Positions 23,780-34,929 of a stretch of 64,000 nucleotides of DNA are shown here, piece by piece. Position numbers and translations under genes: made by a program. Source of the DNA: Mobula hypostoma (Eukaryota); assembly GCF_963921235.1 (NCBI RefSeq), contig NC_086108.1, forward strand, positions 10,602,001 through 10,666,000, read 5' to 3'. The notes under the pieces are model-generated. The model was not told the DNA's origin, searched no databases, and saw nothing but the letters and a program-made list of their open reading frames with translations. Each line of letters starts with the position of its first letter. Position 1 is the first letter of the stretch.

Positions 23780-25935
23780 TGTTCAAAGTTCAAGGTAAAT
23801 TTATTATCGAAATACATATATGTCACCATATACAACCCTGAGATTCATTTCCTTGTGGGAATACTCAATATATCTAAAGAATAATAACCAGAACAGAATC
23901 AATGAAAGCAATTATGGCGTTCAACCAGAGTACAGGTCAAAAATAACCTGTGCAAATACAAAAAGAAATATTAATAATAAACAAGTAATAAATATTGAGG
24001 AAATGAGGTTAAGAGTCTTTGAAAATGAGTCCATTGGTTGTGAGAACCTTTCAGTGAGAGGGCAAGTGAAGTTGGTTCAGGAGCCTGATGGTTGACGGCT
24101 AGAAACTGTTCTTGATCCTGGTGGAGTGAGTCCTCAGGCTCCTGTACCTTCTTCCCCATGGCAACAGTGAGAAGAGAGCATATATGGGTAGTGGAGGACC
24201 CTGATGATGGATGCTGCTTTCTTGTGACAGAGTTTCTCAGATGAAACTCTGTCACAAGAAATGGTTGTGAGGGCTTTACTCTTGATGGACTAGGCCATAT
24301 CCTCTACTTTCTGTAGGATTTTCTGTTCAAGAGCATTGGTGTTCCCATACCCCCTTCCAAAAAAAAAGATATGCATCTCTCTGGAAATAGCATATTGTTT
24401 CAGTTCTCAGGAACCATGTTCCACATTATTGCAATTCACGGCACCTGCTCTCATGTCTCTCTGCTGGATTGTCAGAGTGATTCTCCCAAGGTGGAAATGT
24501 GGAAATGTCAATCACTAGAGGGCATGGATTTACACGGAGGGGGTAAAAGTCTAGGGAGATTTGTAAGGCTGTGTACATACATCTATTGATGCTTCCGGAC
24601 ACATCTTCAGTGATGTTCCTGGAATCATCGGGTGTTTTGGGTCTTTCAACATCATACACCCTCCTCCAGGTGACCCAGCCAGGGCTGATCAGACCCCAGC
24701 TTGTGTCCAGATGGCTAGCTACTTTAGTCTTTTTACACAGAAAGTGGTAGGTTCCTGAAAGAAGTGCTAGTAGCAGATGCTCTGGGAGAAGAATTGCTGC
24801 AAACAGATTCAACAGACAGGTCAGAGATACACCTATTATCACTGGCATGAAATGTGCTATTTGAGGCAGCAGTTCAACATAATATGTAATAACAGAAAAG
24901 AATCTGTCAATTACAGTAAGTATAAAAAGTAGTTAAATTAAATAAGTAATGTAAAAAGGAAAAAAAGTAGTGAGGTAGTGTTCATGGGTTCAACGTCCAT
25001 TCAGAAATCAGATAGCAGAGGGAAGAAGCTGTTCCTGAATCATTGAGTGTGCGTCTTCAGGCTTCTGTATCCCCTTCCTGATGGTAGCAATGAGAATAAG
25101 GCATGACCTGGTAGATGGGGGTCCTTAATGATGGATGCCTTCTTTTAGAGGTATCACTGTTTGAAGATGCCCTGGATACTGCGGAGGCTAGTGCCCATGA
25201 TGGAGTTGATTGAGATTACAATTTACTGTGGCTTATTTTGACCCTGTGCAGTAACCCCCTCCCCCAGTACCAGATGGTGATGTTGCTAGTTAGAATGCTC
25301 TCCATGGTACATCTGTAGAAACTTGTGAGTGTCTTTGCTGACAAACCAAATCTCCTTAAACTCCTAATGAAATATAGCCACTGTTGTGCCTTCTTCCTAG
25401 CTGTATCAATATATTGGGTCATTCAGAAATCTAACAGCAGAAGGGAAGAAGCTGTTCCCAAAATGTTGTTTCTGGGTCTTTGGGCTCTTGTCCTCATTAA
25501 TGCCATCAGGAAGGAGATACATGTCCCGGAGTGTGGGCTGCCTTAACGATGGATGCCACCTTCTTGAGGCACAGCCTGTTGAAGTTGTCACCGAACTGGA
25601 TGGCAGAGGGGAAGAAGCTGTTCCTGAATCATTGAGTGTGTGGCTTCAGGCTCCTGTACCTCCTTCCTGATGGTAGCAATGAGAAGAGGGCTTGTCCTGA
25701 GTGCTGGGTGTCCTTAATGCTGGACCTGTTCCTTGCGGCACTGCTTGTTGTAGATGTCCTCAACTGTGGGAAGGCTAGTGCCCATGATGGAGCTGGCTGA
25801 GTTTACAACTCTCTGCAGACAGCTTCAGTCCTGTGCATTGGAGCCTCCATACCTGGCAATGATGTAACCAGTCAGAATGCTGTCCATGGTACTGTGATAA
25901 AATTTGTGAGACTCTTTGTTAACATACCGATTCTC
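23780..25935 (-). mobile_element. Cluster of Rex1/Babar/L2-like LINE 3' fragments
   Basis: Repeated GAAGCTGTTCCTGAATCATTGAGTGTG block (the NSFFP motif on the minus strand) and LYFIRSLRRFGLS. A non-LINE stretch lies at ~24360-24830. Confidence 0.7.
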
Positions 25936-25939
25936 ATAA

Positions 25940-26600
25940 AGTCACAGAGTCATAGAAAAGTACAGCACAGAAACAGGCCCTTTGCCCCATCTGGTTCCTG
26001 CCAAGCCATTTAAACTGCCTACTCCCATCGACCTGCACCTGGACCAAAGCCCTCCATACCCTTACCATCCATATACCTGTCCAAACTGCTCTTAAACATT
26101 GAAATCAAGCTGGCATGCACCACTGGTGCCGAAAGCTCATTCCACACTCTCATCATCCTCTGAACAAAAAAGCTTCCTCTCATGTTCCAACTAAACATGT
26201 CACCTTTCACCCTTAACCTAAGGCTTTGGGTTGTAGCCCCACCCAACCTCAGTGGAAAAAGCTTGCTTGCAGTTACCCTGTCTATACCCATGATCAAATC
26301 TTCTCTCAATCTTCTATGTTCCAAGGAATAAAGTACTAAGCTATTTAATTTTTCCACATAACTCAGGTCCTCCAGAACCGGCAACATCCTTGTAAATTTT
26401 CTCTGTAGTCTTTCAACTTTATTCACATTTTTCCTGTAGGTAGGTGACCAAGACTGCACACAATACTCCAATCTAGGCCTCACCAATGTCTTATACAACC
26501 TCAATATAACATCCCATCTCCCGTACTCAATAGCTTGATTTATGAAGGCCAATGTGCCAAATGCTTCCTTTATTACTCAATTAACCAGTAATGCCATCTC
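25940..26600 (-). mobile_element. CR1 3' fragment
   Basis: LRLYKTLVRPRLEYCVQSWSP...FFVQRMMRVWNEL. Confidence 0.9.
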
Positions 26601-27927
26601 CTCCACCTGCTAGTGAACTGTGAGGACAGATTCATGAACAGAAAGGGAATGGAGCAGTGTCAATCCCATGGAGTCAAATGGGCTTAGCTTTATCAGAGCT
26701 AGTACAGACCTGATGGGCCAAAGGGCCTGTTCTTGCGCTGTCCTGGGCTATCATCTACCTCTTAACTAATGATCAGAGATCTATGCTCCCTGCTGGTGGA
26801 ATAAATCTCCTTTTTCAAAGCCCTTGGTGATTTTGAACAACTTGTTAACGCTCTCCTCGACCTGTCCTGTTCTAAGATCACTCTCAGCACCTCTAGGCTT
26901 TCCACCTGATCTGAAGTCTCTCGCCTGCGGTCAGTATAAAATTAGATCCTGTGCCTCTGCAAGTGTACAGCCTGGAGCTGCAGTTGTCAGTAAATAGTTC
27001 TGGGTGAACCTTTCCATTAGTTCTGAAAACCAACCTTTCCTGACTTTCCTGGAGAAGGTGAGGGTGAACAATCTTCCAGAGACATTGAAAGTGTTCTTTC
27101 AGGGAGAGAGGTACAGGATTTAAACTCCTAGTTCTGCCGACTTCTTAAACCACAATTGCTCTCTTCAAAACCACACATCTTTATTCATCAAATATGTCTC
27201 TTTAAGTACACTGCTTTAAATAATCTGGTTTAGTTTTAGAACATACAGATTTATGTTTGACATAATGTTGCGCTTTGAAATGCTTCACAAACATACATCC
27301 TGGACTGAGAAAGGTCAATAATGAGTTTGTAAATTGGCTTGTTTGAAAGGACGTTTAATCAACAGCTCGCCATGACACAGTCTGGTTTCTGCAGTTCCCA
27401 GATGAAACCAATTTGCAAATCTTCCTGCTCATCATCTGCTGGCGCACGGTGCACCCCACTGAACCAAACCCCTCTGTCTCTTGGCCAGTCTTAATACACT
27501 GGCGTGGACAGTTTAAGTACGTCAAACTCTGACTCTCTGCCCACAGACTTTTTGCAGACACAACGATGTGAAAAAGCTGATCTGGAAATTCAAATTACAA
27601 AACACAAGAGATTCTGCAGATGCTGAAAATCCAGAGCAACACACAAAATGCTGGAGGAACTCAGCAGGTCAGGCAGCATCTTTGGAGGGGAATAAACAGT
27701 CGATGTTTCGGTTCTTCATCAGGACTGGAAAGGAAGATGGGGAAAGCCAGAATAAGAAAGTGGGGTGGAGAGGAGGGAAAGCCAGCTGGTATCTGGAATT
27801 TATAGAGGGAGTGCTGAGCACTGGTGTTCAGGGGGACTTTGTACGAGTGTTCAAGAGCTTTGCTGGCGACGTGAAAGATGCTGTTTATAAAATTATTTCC
27901 TCCTTTTTTGTTACCTTCTCAATTCCT

Positions 27928-28277
27928 CATCATCATCATGTGCCATGTCGTAAGACATGGGCGATCATGGTCTATATGAACATGATAGTTCTTGGCAAAG
28001 TTTTCTACAGAAGAGGTTTGCTATTGCCTTCTTCTAGGCAGTGTCATTACCAGACGGGTGACCCCAGCCATTGTCAATACTCTTCAGAGATTGTCTGCCT
28101 GGTGTCAGTGGTCGCGTTACCAGGACTTGTGATGTGCACCAGCGGCTCATATAACCATCCACCACCTGCTCCCATGGCTTCACTTGCCCCTGATGGGGGG
28201 AGGGGAAGCAGGTGCTACACCTTGCCCAAGGGTGACCTGCGGGCGAGCGGAGGGAGGCAGCTCCTTACACCTCCTTC
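27928..28277 (-). mobile_element. SINE-like element, copy 2
   Basis: (ATG)n tail on the minus strand. Colinear with 29717-30104. Confidence 0.75.
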
Positions 28278-28992
28278 CCAAAACAAATCAAATCAAGTCA
28301 AGTTTATTGTTATTTAACTATATACATGTATACCGCAAAACGACAGATTTCTTCGGGCCAGGGTGTAATGCACGGTACAAATACAAAAATGGTCATTTGT
28401 CAGTCTTTCTTTAAGCATCGCTTTTCATGAATTCTTTTGCATTCTTTATTTTCCCTGTAAATGCTTGCAAGAAAATGAATCTCAAGGTCATTTATGGTGA
28501 CACGTGTATTGTGATAATAAATTTATTTGGAACGTTGTACTTTGAACTTTATACGAGGGATGGCTGTATTTTCTCCAAGCAGCCCCACTATCTTCCTCTC
28601 CCTTCAACAATAAAGATGGAACCAGTTGTTTTTTTCAAATTACCTAGACACCCTCACAATATCCAGTATTCAGAGTCCTGGAGGTGATTTTGTATTTACA
28701 TTGACTCTCCAATGCCATCATGGGCACCAGCATCCGTGGTATCCAAGACATCTTCAAGGAGTGATGCCTCAAAAAGACTGTGTCTGCATTAGGGACCCCC
28801 CACCCAGGACATGCCCTCTTAATGCTATTCAGGAACAGCTTCTTTCCTTCTGCGATCAGACTTCTGAATGGATATTGAACCCATGAACCCTACCTCATTA
28901 TATATATAAAATATACAGGATAAAATATATTATACACCTATACAAGATGTAAATAAGGTTACAGAGCAAATTTGCAAGGATGTTGATGAGAC

Positions 28993-29103
28993 TGCTGGAC
29001 TAAGTGTGTAAATGCAGGAGGGGTCTATGTTGAAAAATAAATGTGCTGTTTTCTAAAATTGACTCCTCCTGCCTTAGGCCACGAACTTATCAATCACCCC
29101 TCG
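28993..29103. mobile_element. Mariner-type MITE terminal fragment
   Basis: Ends CCTTAGGCCACGAACTTATCAATCACCCCTCG+TA. Reverse complement of 53482-53592. Confidence 0.85.
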
Positions 29104-29716
29104 TAGATCGAGATAAACTAGTTAATTGGCTATGTAATTAAAAAGTAGCATGAAATAGGAAAAGTGCTAATACCTAGCCAATGAAAAATGAGAAAGGTGA
29201 TAACCCATTAGTTTAGCTGCTATACCGCTTTCTGACAGTGAGTGGGGATGAACCATCACATACTGTAAAAAATACGTAAGTTTGTTAAAAAGTACAGATC
29301 TTATAAAAAGTACTATTTAAAAACATAGTGTCTTCCAACAGCACGAACACACAACAAAAGCTGCTTCAGAAGCGTCTTGTTGAGTGACAATTGACTTCAA
29401 GGTGCACATGGAGATAAACAAGGTTCTTGGGCAAGGTTTAAAGGAATGATTTGTTGTGTCAGGTTGAATGTTAAGACTGTTAATAAATTCATGGAGGGTG
29501 TGAGGTTTGGTTTGGCTTTTTGTTAATTGTCATATATACCGTGATACAGTGAGAAGCTCTTTTTTTTGCCATCCAGACAGATGATTCCATACACAAGTAT
29601 ACTGAGGAAATAAAAAGAAAAGTTATAAAGAAAGGTTGAATAGGTTTGGGCTTTATTGCCTGGATCAAAGGAGAATGAGGGAAATTTGATAGAGGTGTAC
29701 AAAATTATGAGGGGTA

Positions 29717-30104
29717 TCATCATCATTATGTCTCATGTCATATGACAAGAGTGATCATGGTCATTCTGCGACCAGGACTGTTATTGGCAAATTTTTCCCA
29801 GAAGAGTTTTGCCATTGCTTTCTTCCGGGCAGTGTCTTTACAAGATGGGTGGCTCCCAGCCATTATCAAGAGATTGTCTGCCTGGCATCAGTGCTCACAT
29901 AACCAGGACGCGATGGGCACCGGCTGCTCATATGGCCATCCATCACCTGCTCCCATGGCTTCACATGACCCTGATCGGGGTGGTGGGGGCAGAGGGGGGC
30001 TAAGCAGGTGCTACACCTTGCCCAAGGGTGACCTGCAGGCTAGCACAGGGAGGGAGCACCTTACACCTCCTTTGGTAGAGACGTATCTCCACCCTGCCAC
30101 CCGA
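29717..30104 (-). mobile_element. SINE-like element, full copy with 10-bp TSD, inserted in a CR1 (29620-30510, +)
   Basis: TSD ATGAGGGGTA at 29707-29716 and 30105-30114. (ATG)n tail. Confidence 0.85.
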
Positions 30105-31895
30105 ATGAGGGGTAAGGGTAACTGCAAGCAGGCTTTTCTTCCACTGAGATGAGGTGAGACTAGAACTCGAAGTCATGGGTTAAGGGTGAAAGGTGAAATA
30201 TTTAAGGGGAACCTGAAGGAGAACTTCTTCACAGAGTGTGGTGCGAGTACAGAACAAGCTGCCAGCAGAAGTAGTGGATGCAGGTTTGATTTCAACATTC
30301 AAGAGAAGTTTGGATAGGTACATGAATGGGAGTGATATGGAGAACTCTGGTCCAAATCGGGGGCTTCCAACTTCGGATCCATGGATGCCTCGATTAATGG
30401 TAGTGGTCCATGACATAAAAAGGTTGGGAACCCCTAGTCTAGATGTTGGTCAATGGGATTAGGCAGAATAAGAGTTTGGCAAGGTCTAGATGGGCTGAAG
30501 GGCATGTGGGATACAGGCTGTCCTTGAGCCTGATGGGACATGCTTTCGGGCTTTTGTATCTTCTGTCCAATGGGCGGGGTGGAAGAGTGAATGCCCAGGA
30601 TGGGTAGGATCTGGCTGCTTTACCGAGACAGCGGGAAGTGTTGGTGGGGAGCATTGGTCTGGATTCTGTGGCCCGGACTGCAGCCACGGTAGCCAGTGTG
30701 GGAGAAAGGTGACATTGGCAGCTGTACATGTGTCATCTCCCTCATGAACAGCGGAAAGGCTGTAACAGCATGTGCAATTGCCAAAAATCTTTTGGTGGTG
30801 GGGGGGGGAGGGGGAGACATTCCAGCTGCAGTTACATTGCAAACCACTGGCTGCCAATCTCACTGCCTAATCAAGATTTACTTAACGAGGTGAAAAAGGT
30901 ACGAAACATCAGTTCTGCAGATTTCATTAGGCCCAGGCTTTGTTTAATGAAGGAATGTAGGAAAAGCAAATAATTGTTATTCTGTTCCACTATCAAATCC
31001 TGGGATGTGTGAGCTGTTTAATTGGTTAGCATATCAGGAATGTTTGATTAACCAGATTTAGTTAATTGCTGGAGTTCAGAAGAATAGCGGTGGTGGTGGG
31101 GGGAAAATCTCATTGAAACCTATCAAAAGCAACACACACAAAATGCTGGAGGAACTCAGCAGGTCAGGCAGCATCTATGGAGAAGAAATAACTGTCAACC
31201 TTTTTGGGACCGAGAAGAAAGGGGGAAAATGCCAAAATAAAAAGGTGAGGAGAGGAGGGAAATCTATCAAATATTGAAAGGCCTAAACATGGAGAGGATG
31301 TTTCCAATTGTGTGGGAGTCTAGGATCAGAGGGCACAGCCTCAGAATAGAGGGACATCCACTTAGAACAGAGGCAAGTAGGAATTTCTTGAGACAGGGGA
31401 TGGTGAATCTGTGGAGTTCAATGCCACTGACAGTTGTGGACGCCAGGTCATTTAAGATGGAGGTTGAAATGTTCTTAATAGTGAGTTAGAAGTCACGGAG
31501 AATAGGGTTGAGAGGGATAATGAATCTGACTCGAAGGGCTGAGTGGCCTCATTCTGCTCCAATGCCTTAGGTCGCAGTGAGTAAACAATATCACAATTAA
31601 TACACGGAAGGAAGAGGAAACACATCGTTGGTAAATGGAAAAGAGACCCTATGTCCATGGTGCAGGTGGATGGAACAGGCTTGAGGGGCTGAGTAGCCTG
31701 TTGCTTAGCAACAGAGATTCCTGTGAACTGTGTCCAGGCTTTAACAGCCGTAAGCTTTAGAGCCTATTTGTGACTTCCACAGGACCTTTCAATTGCAGAA
31801 TTATCACCTTCAACTAAAGTTCAAGCAGGTTAGGGCACCAATTCATCTTCCAAGAAAAGGACATCAAGCTCCAAGCTGCCTGAGTGACACACTGC

Positions 31896-32144
31896 CATTC
31901 AAGAGAAGTTTGGATAGGTACATGAATGGGAGTGATATGGAGAACTCTGGTCCAAATCGGGGGCTTCCAACTTGGGATCCATGGATGCCTCGATTAATGG
32001 TAGTGGTCCATGACATAAAAAGGTTGGGAACCCCTAGTCTAGATGTTGGTCAATGGGACTAGGCAGAATAAGAGTTCGGCAAGGTCTAGATGGGCTGAAG
32101 GGCATGTGGGATACAGGCTGTCCTTGAGCCTGATGGGACATGCT
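31896..32144 (+). repeat. 249-bp dispersed direct duplicate of 30296-30544
   Basis: 3 mismatches by eye, offset 1600 bp. Spans a CR1 tail, a nested hAT MITE and an adjacent LINE fragment. Confidence 0.95.
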
Positions 32145-32249
32145 AATGATGGAACTGCCTCAGTCATATTACAATTCCTTCCAATTGGAAATAACAACAA
32201 GATCATTGACAAAGTCAAAGTAAGTTTACTATCAAAGTACATATACTTT

Positions 32250-32804
32250 GGCAAAAAATGCAGAAGTCTCAGGCACTCATATATATACCATAGCCAGGAT
32301 GCCTAATACTTTTGTGCAATACTGTATTTGTCAACATGGAGCGGAGAGCAGGTTTGTCAATCTGATGGGAGCAAAGGACGTTGGGAATGGCGAGGGTGGA
32401 GAGCTGTGGGAGGGGTGTGGGACAAGTGGCAGAGAAGGAGTGCCAGGGTGGGGGTGGGGTTGGCACACATGCAGACACACCCAGCCCTGAGATACCAGGC
32501 AAGGTTATTTGATTCCGAGCAATTGGCTTTTTGATCATTACAGAATGTCTTTCTGGTGCTTCCCGCTCCCCCCTCCCTTCCCCTTTCCCCAACCATCACT
32601 CCCCTCTCCCTGTCCCCTTCCCACTCTCAGTCCACTACAGAGACCCATATCAGAATCAGGTTTATCGTCACTCACACAAGCCATGAAATTTGTTTTGTTT
32701 TTGTGGCAGCAGTACAGTGCAATACATAAAATTACTGTCGCTCTCTGCAAAAGTCTTCGGCACCCTAACTATATATATGTGCGCAAGACTTTTGCACAGT
32801 GCTG
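32250..32804. mobile_element. Composite Tc1-type element, copy 2 (MITE - passenger - MITE)
   Basis: Short palindromic GCAAAAGTCTTNGGCAC...GTGCNNAAGACTTTTGCACAGT units at ~32250-32325 and ~32735-32804 flank a ~410-430-bp body. Confidence 0.7.
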
Positions 32805-34767
32805 TGTTTTGCCCATTGCGTGAATCACGAGATATAGAAGGTAATGGATCCAGTGCTGGTCAATAGTATTGTGCAGGGGGTTCATTTGCTCATTATTATC
32901 ATTTGAGTTCATTGATAGATTTCCTCCACGATCTAATTGTAAATTTTTGGTACTTTTTTTTCCTTGCTGGCAGTTTGATGTTTATCTTTAGAAGCTTTTT
33001 GTGTGACGCATGGCTCCGGGGTTGTACACCTAATGGGTTTTTTCCCCCCACTTTTTCTTGCTTAGTAGGGTTTTTTTAATTATCATCAAAAATTTTTCAA
33101 TCTTTAAAATAATGTTTTTTTTCCTTGACACATTGTGAGTGTTGCTTACTTCCACATACTCGTGTTATTTTTGAATAATATAATAAAGATGTGAAAAGAA
33201 TAGTATTGTGCAGAGGGGCCCGTGCTTGTGTTGTGCTCGATGACTCAGTGTCAGTCAGCAGCTGTGGTTATGTGACTAAATAAAGAAAGGACTTATCTCA
33301 CGCACATTGTAACCTCAAAACATACAGTGAAATGCATCTTTGAAAGATCAATAGTGAAATGTATTGTTTGCCTCAATGGCCAACAAAGTGTGAGGTCGTT
33401 TGCTGCAAGTTTTGTCAATGTAGTACGCCCACATCTTATTAACCATAACCGGTATGCATTTGGACTGTGGGAGGAAACCAGAGCATCCAGAGGAAACCCT
33501 TGTGCTCACAGGGAGAGTGTAGAAACTCCTTGCAAACAGCAGTGGGAATTGAACACTGATTGCAGGAGCTTTAAAGGGTTTACGCTAACTCCTGTGCTAC
33601 CGTGCCATGGGAAGACTGTGCAGCTTTTGGTCAGGGAGGTGGGAGCTGAAAGAGGGGCAGAGCCAACTCCACCTCTCACGGGAAGGACAGAGGCCTCGTC
33701 CCTCAGTGATGGGGAGGACGCTGCTCTAATGCAGCCATGGGCTTCCCCCTTCAACCATCTGATGGCCACCTCTACAGCCCCATCAAGCCCATTCAAGTGT
33801 TGCAGGAGTACACTCTCCTCATATCATCATCCTGTCAGAGTCACAGAGCACTACTGCACAAAACAGGCCATTCAGCCCATCTAGACCATGCCAAAACATC
33901 TCATCAAACAGCACCCAGACCCCTACCAGCCACACACATCCAAACTTCTGTAAAATGTTGAAATCAAACCTACATCTACCAGTCCCACTGGCAGCTCATT
34001 CCACCCCTACACCCCTCCCCCCCCCCATGAGCAATGAAGTTCCCCCTCAGGTTACCTTTAAATATTTCACCTTTCACCCATAACTTTTAGTTCTAGTCCA
34101 TCATTCATTGGAATTAATCCACATTTGGAGGGACAGTACAGTTTCTGACCAAATCACATCCGAGTGTTAAATCAAGATCCTCCCCACCCCCATTCCAGGG
34201 CAGGAACTAGCCCCTCTCACCCTGACTTCCCCTCATCTCCATTCCATGTGTGGGGCCTGGCTGTCTACCTGCTGCCTGGCATGAAACTGAATCTAAGGCT
34301 GCTTTGTCCTGCATGTGTGCACAGAGAAGATTGTCCCAAAGCCTGTCAGATGCTGAGAAGGACTTTGGCGTATCCGGAGGTGAGGGGCATGCAGACTGGA
34401 CTCCCGCCCCCATGACCTGGGAAGCAGGCGCATCCCTTCCTGGTCTGAAAAGAAACTGATCTGCAGCTACCGGGCCATCTCTGGGACCTTGGAGCATCAA
34501 GTCAGTGGGTGAAGAGTGCGACACTGGAATGGGGCACCAGCAGTCAATTTGTAGATTGAGCAATGGCATGGCGGGAGCACTGAGCAGTGACAGTGAGGGA
34601 GGGCTGGAGGGGGTTTGGTGCTGCCAGGTTTGGGACTGGGAGATTGAGCGGGGTTGCCATGATTTCAGGTGTTCAGGTCCCACTTCGGCTCTGTTGAGAA
34701 GAGTGCGGTCGGCAGGAAACAGAAGCAGGCATCAGTGAGAGGACCAGGGAAACATCGTTTCAATGGC

Positions 34768-34929
34768 GCCCGTGTCCTTCGAGTGAGGGAGCCTGCCATT
34801 GTCAGCTGACATGGCCCATCTGTGACTGCAGAGCACAAGGGTTGCCCGTGTCCTTCGAGTGAGGGAGCCTGTCATTGTCAGCTGACATGGCCCATCTGTG
34901 ACTGCAGAGCACAAGAGTTGCCCATGTCC
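34768..34929. repeat. 76-bp tandem duplication (x2.1) in a non-repetitive island
   Basis: Units start at 34768, 34844 and 34920. 2 mismatches between the full units. Confidence 0.95.

Noticed and set aside
24583..24615. Possible third hammerhead (minus strand CTGAAGA...GGAAGCATC)
   Set aside because: The GAAA core is altered, helix I does not pair, and there is only one copy in the window.
27568..28317. 249-aa ORF
   Set aside because: It runs across a Penelope end, unique sequence and a SINE-like element in antisense. The composition is not protein-like.
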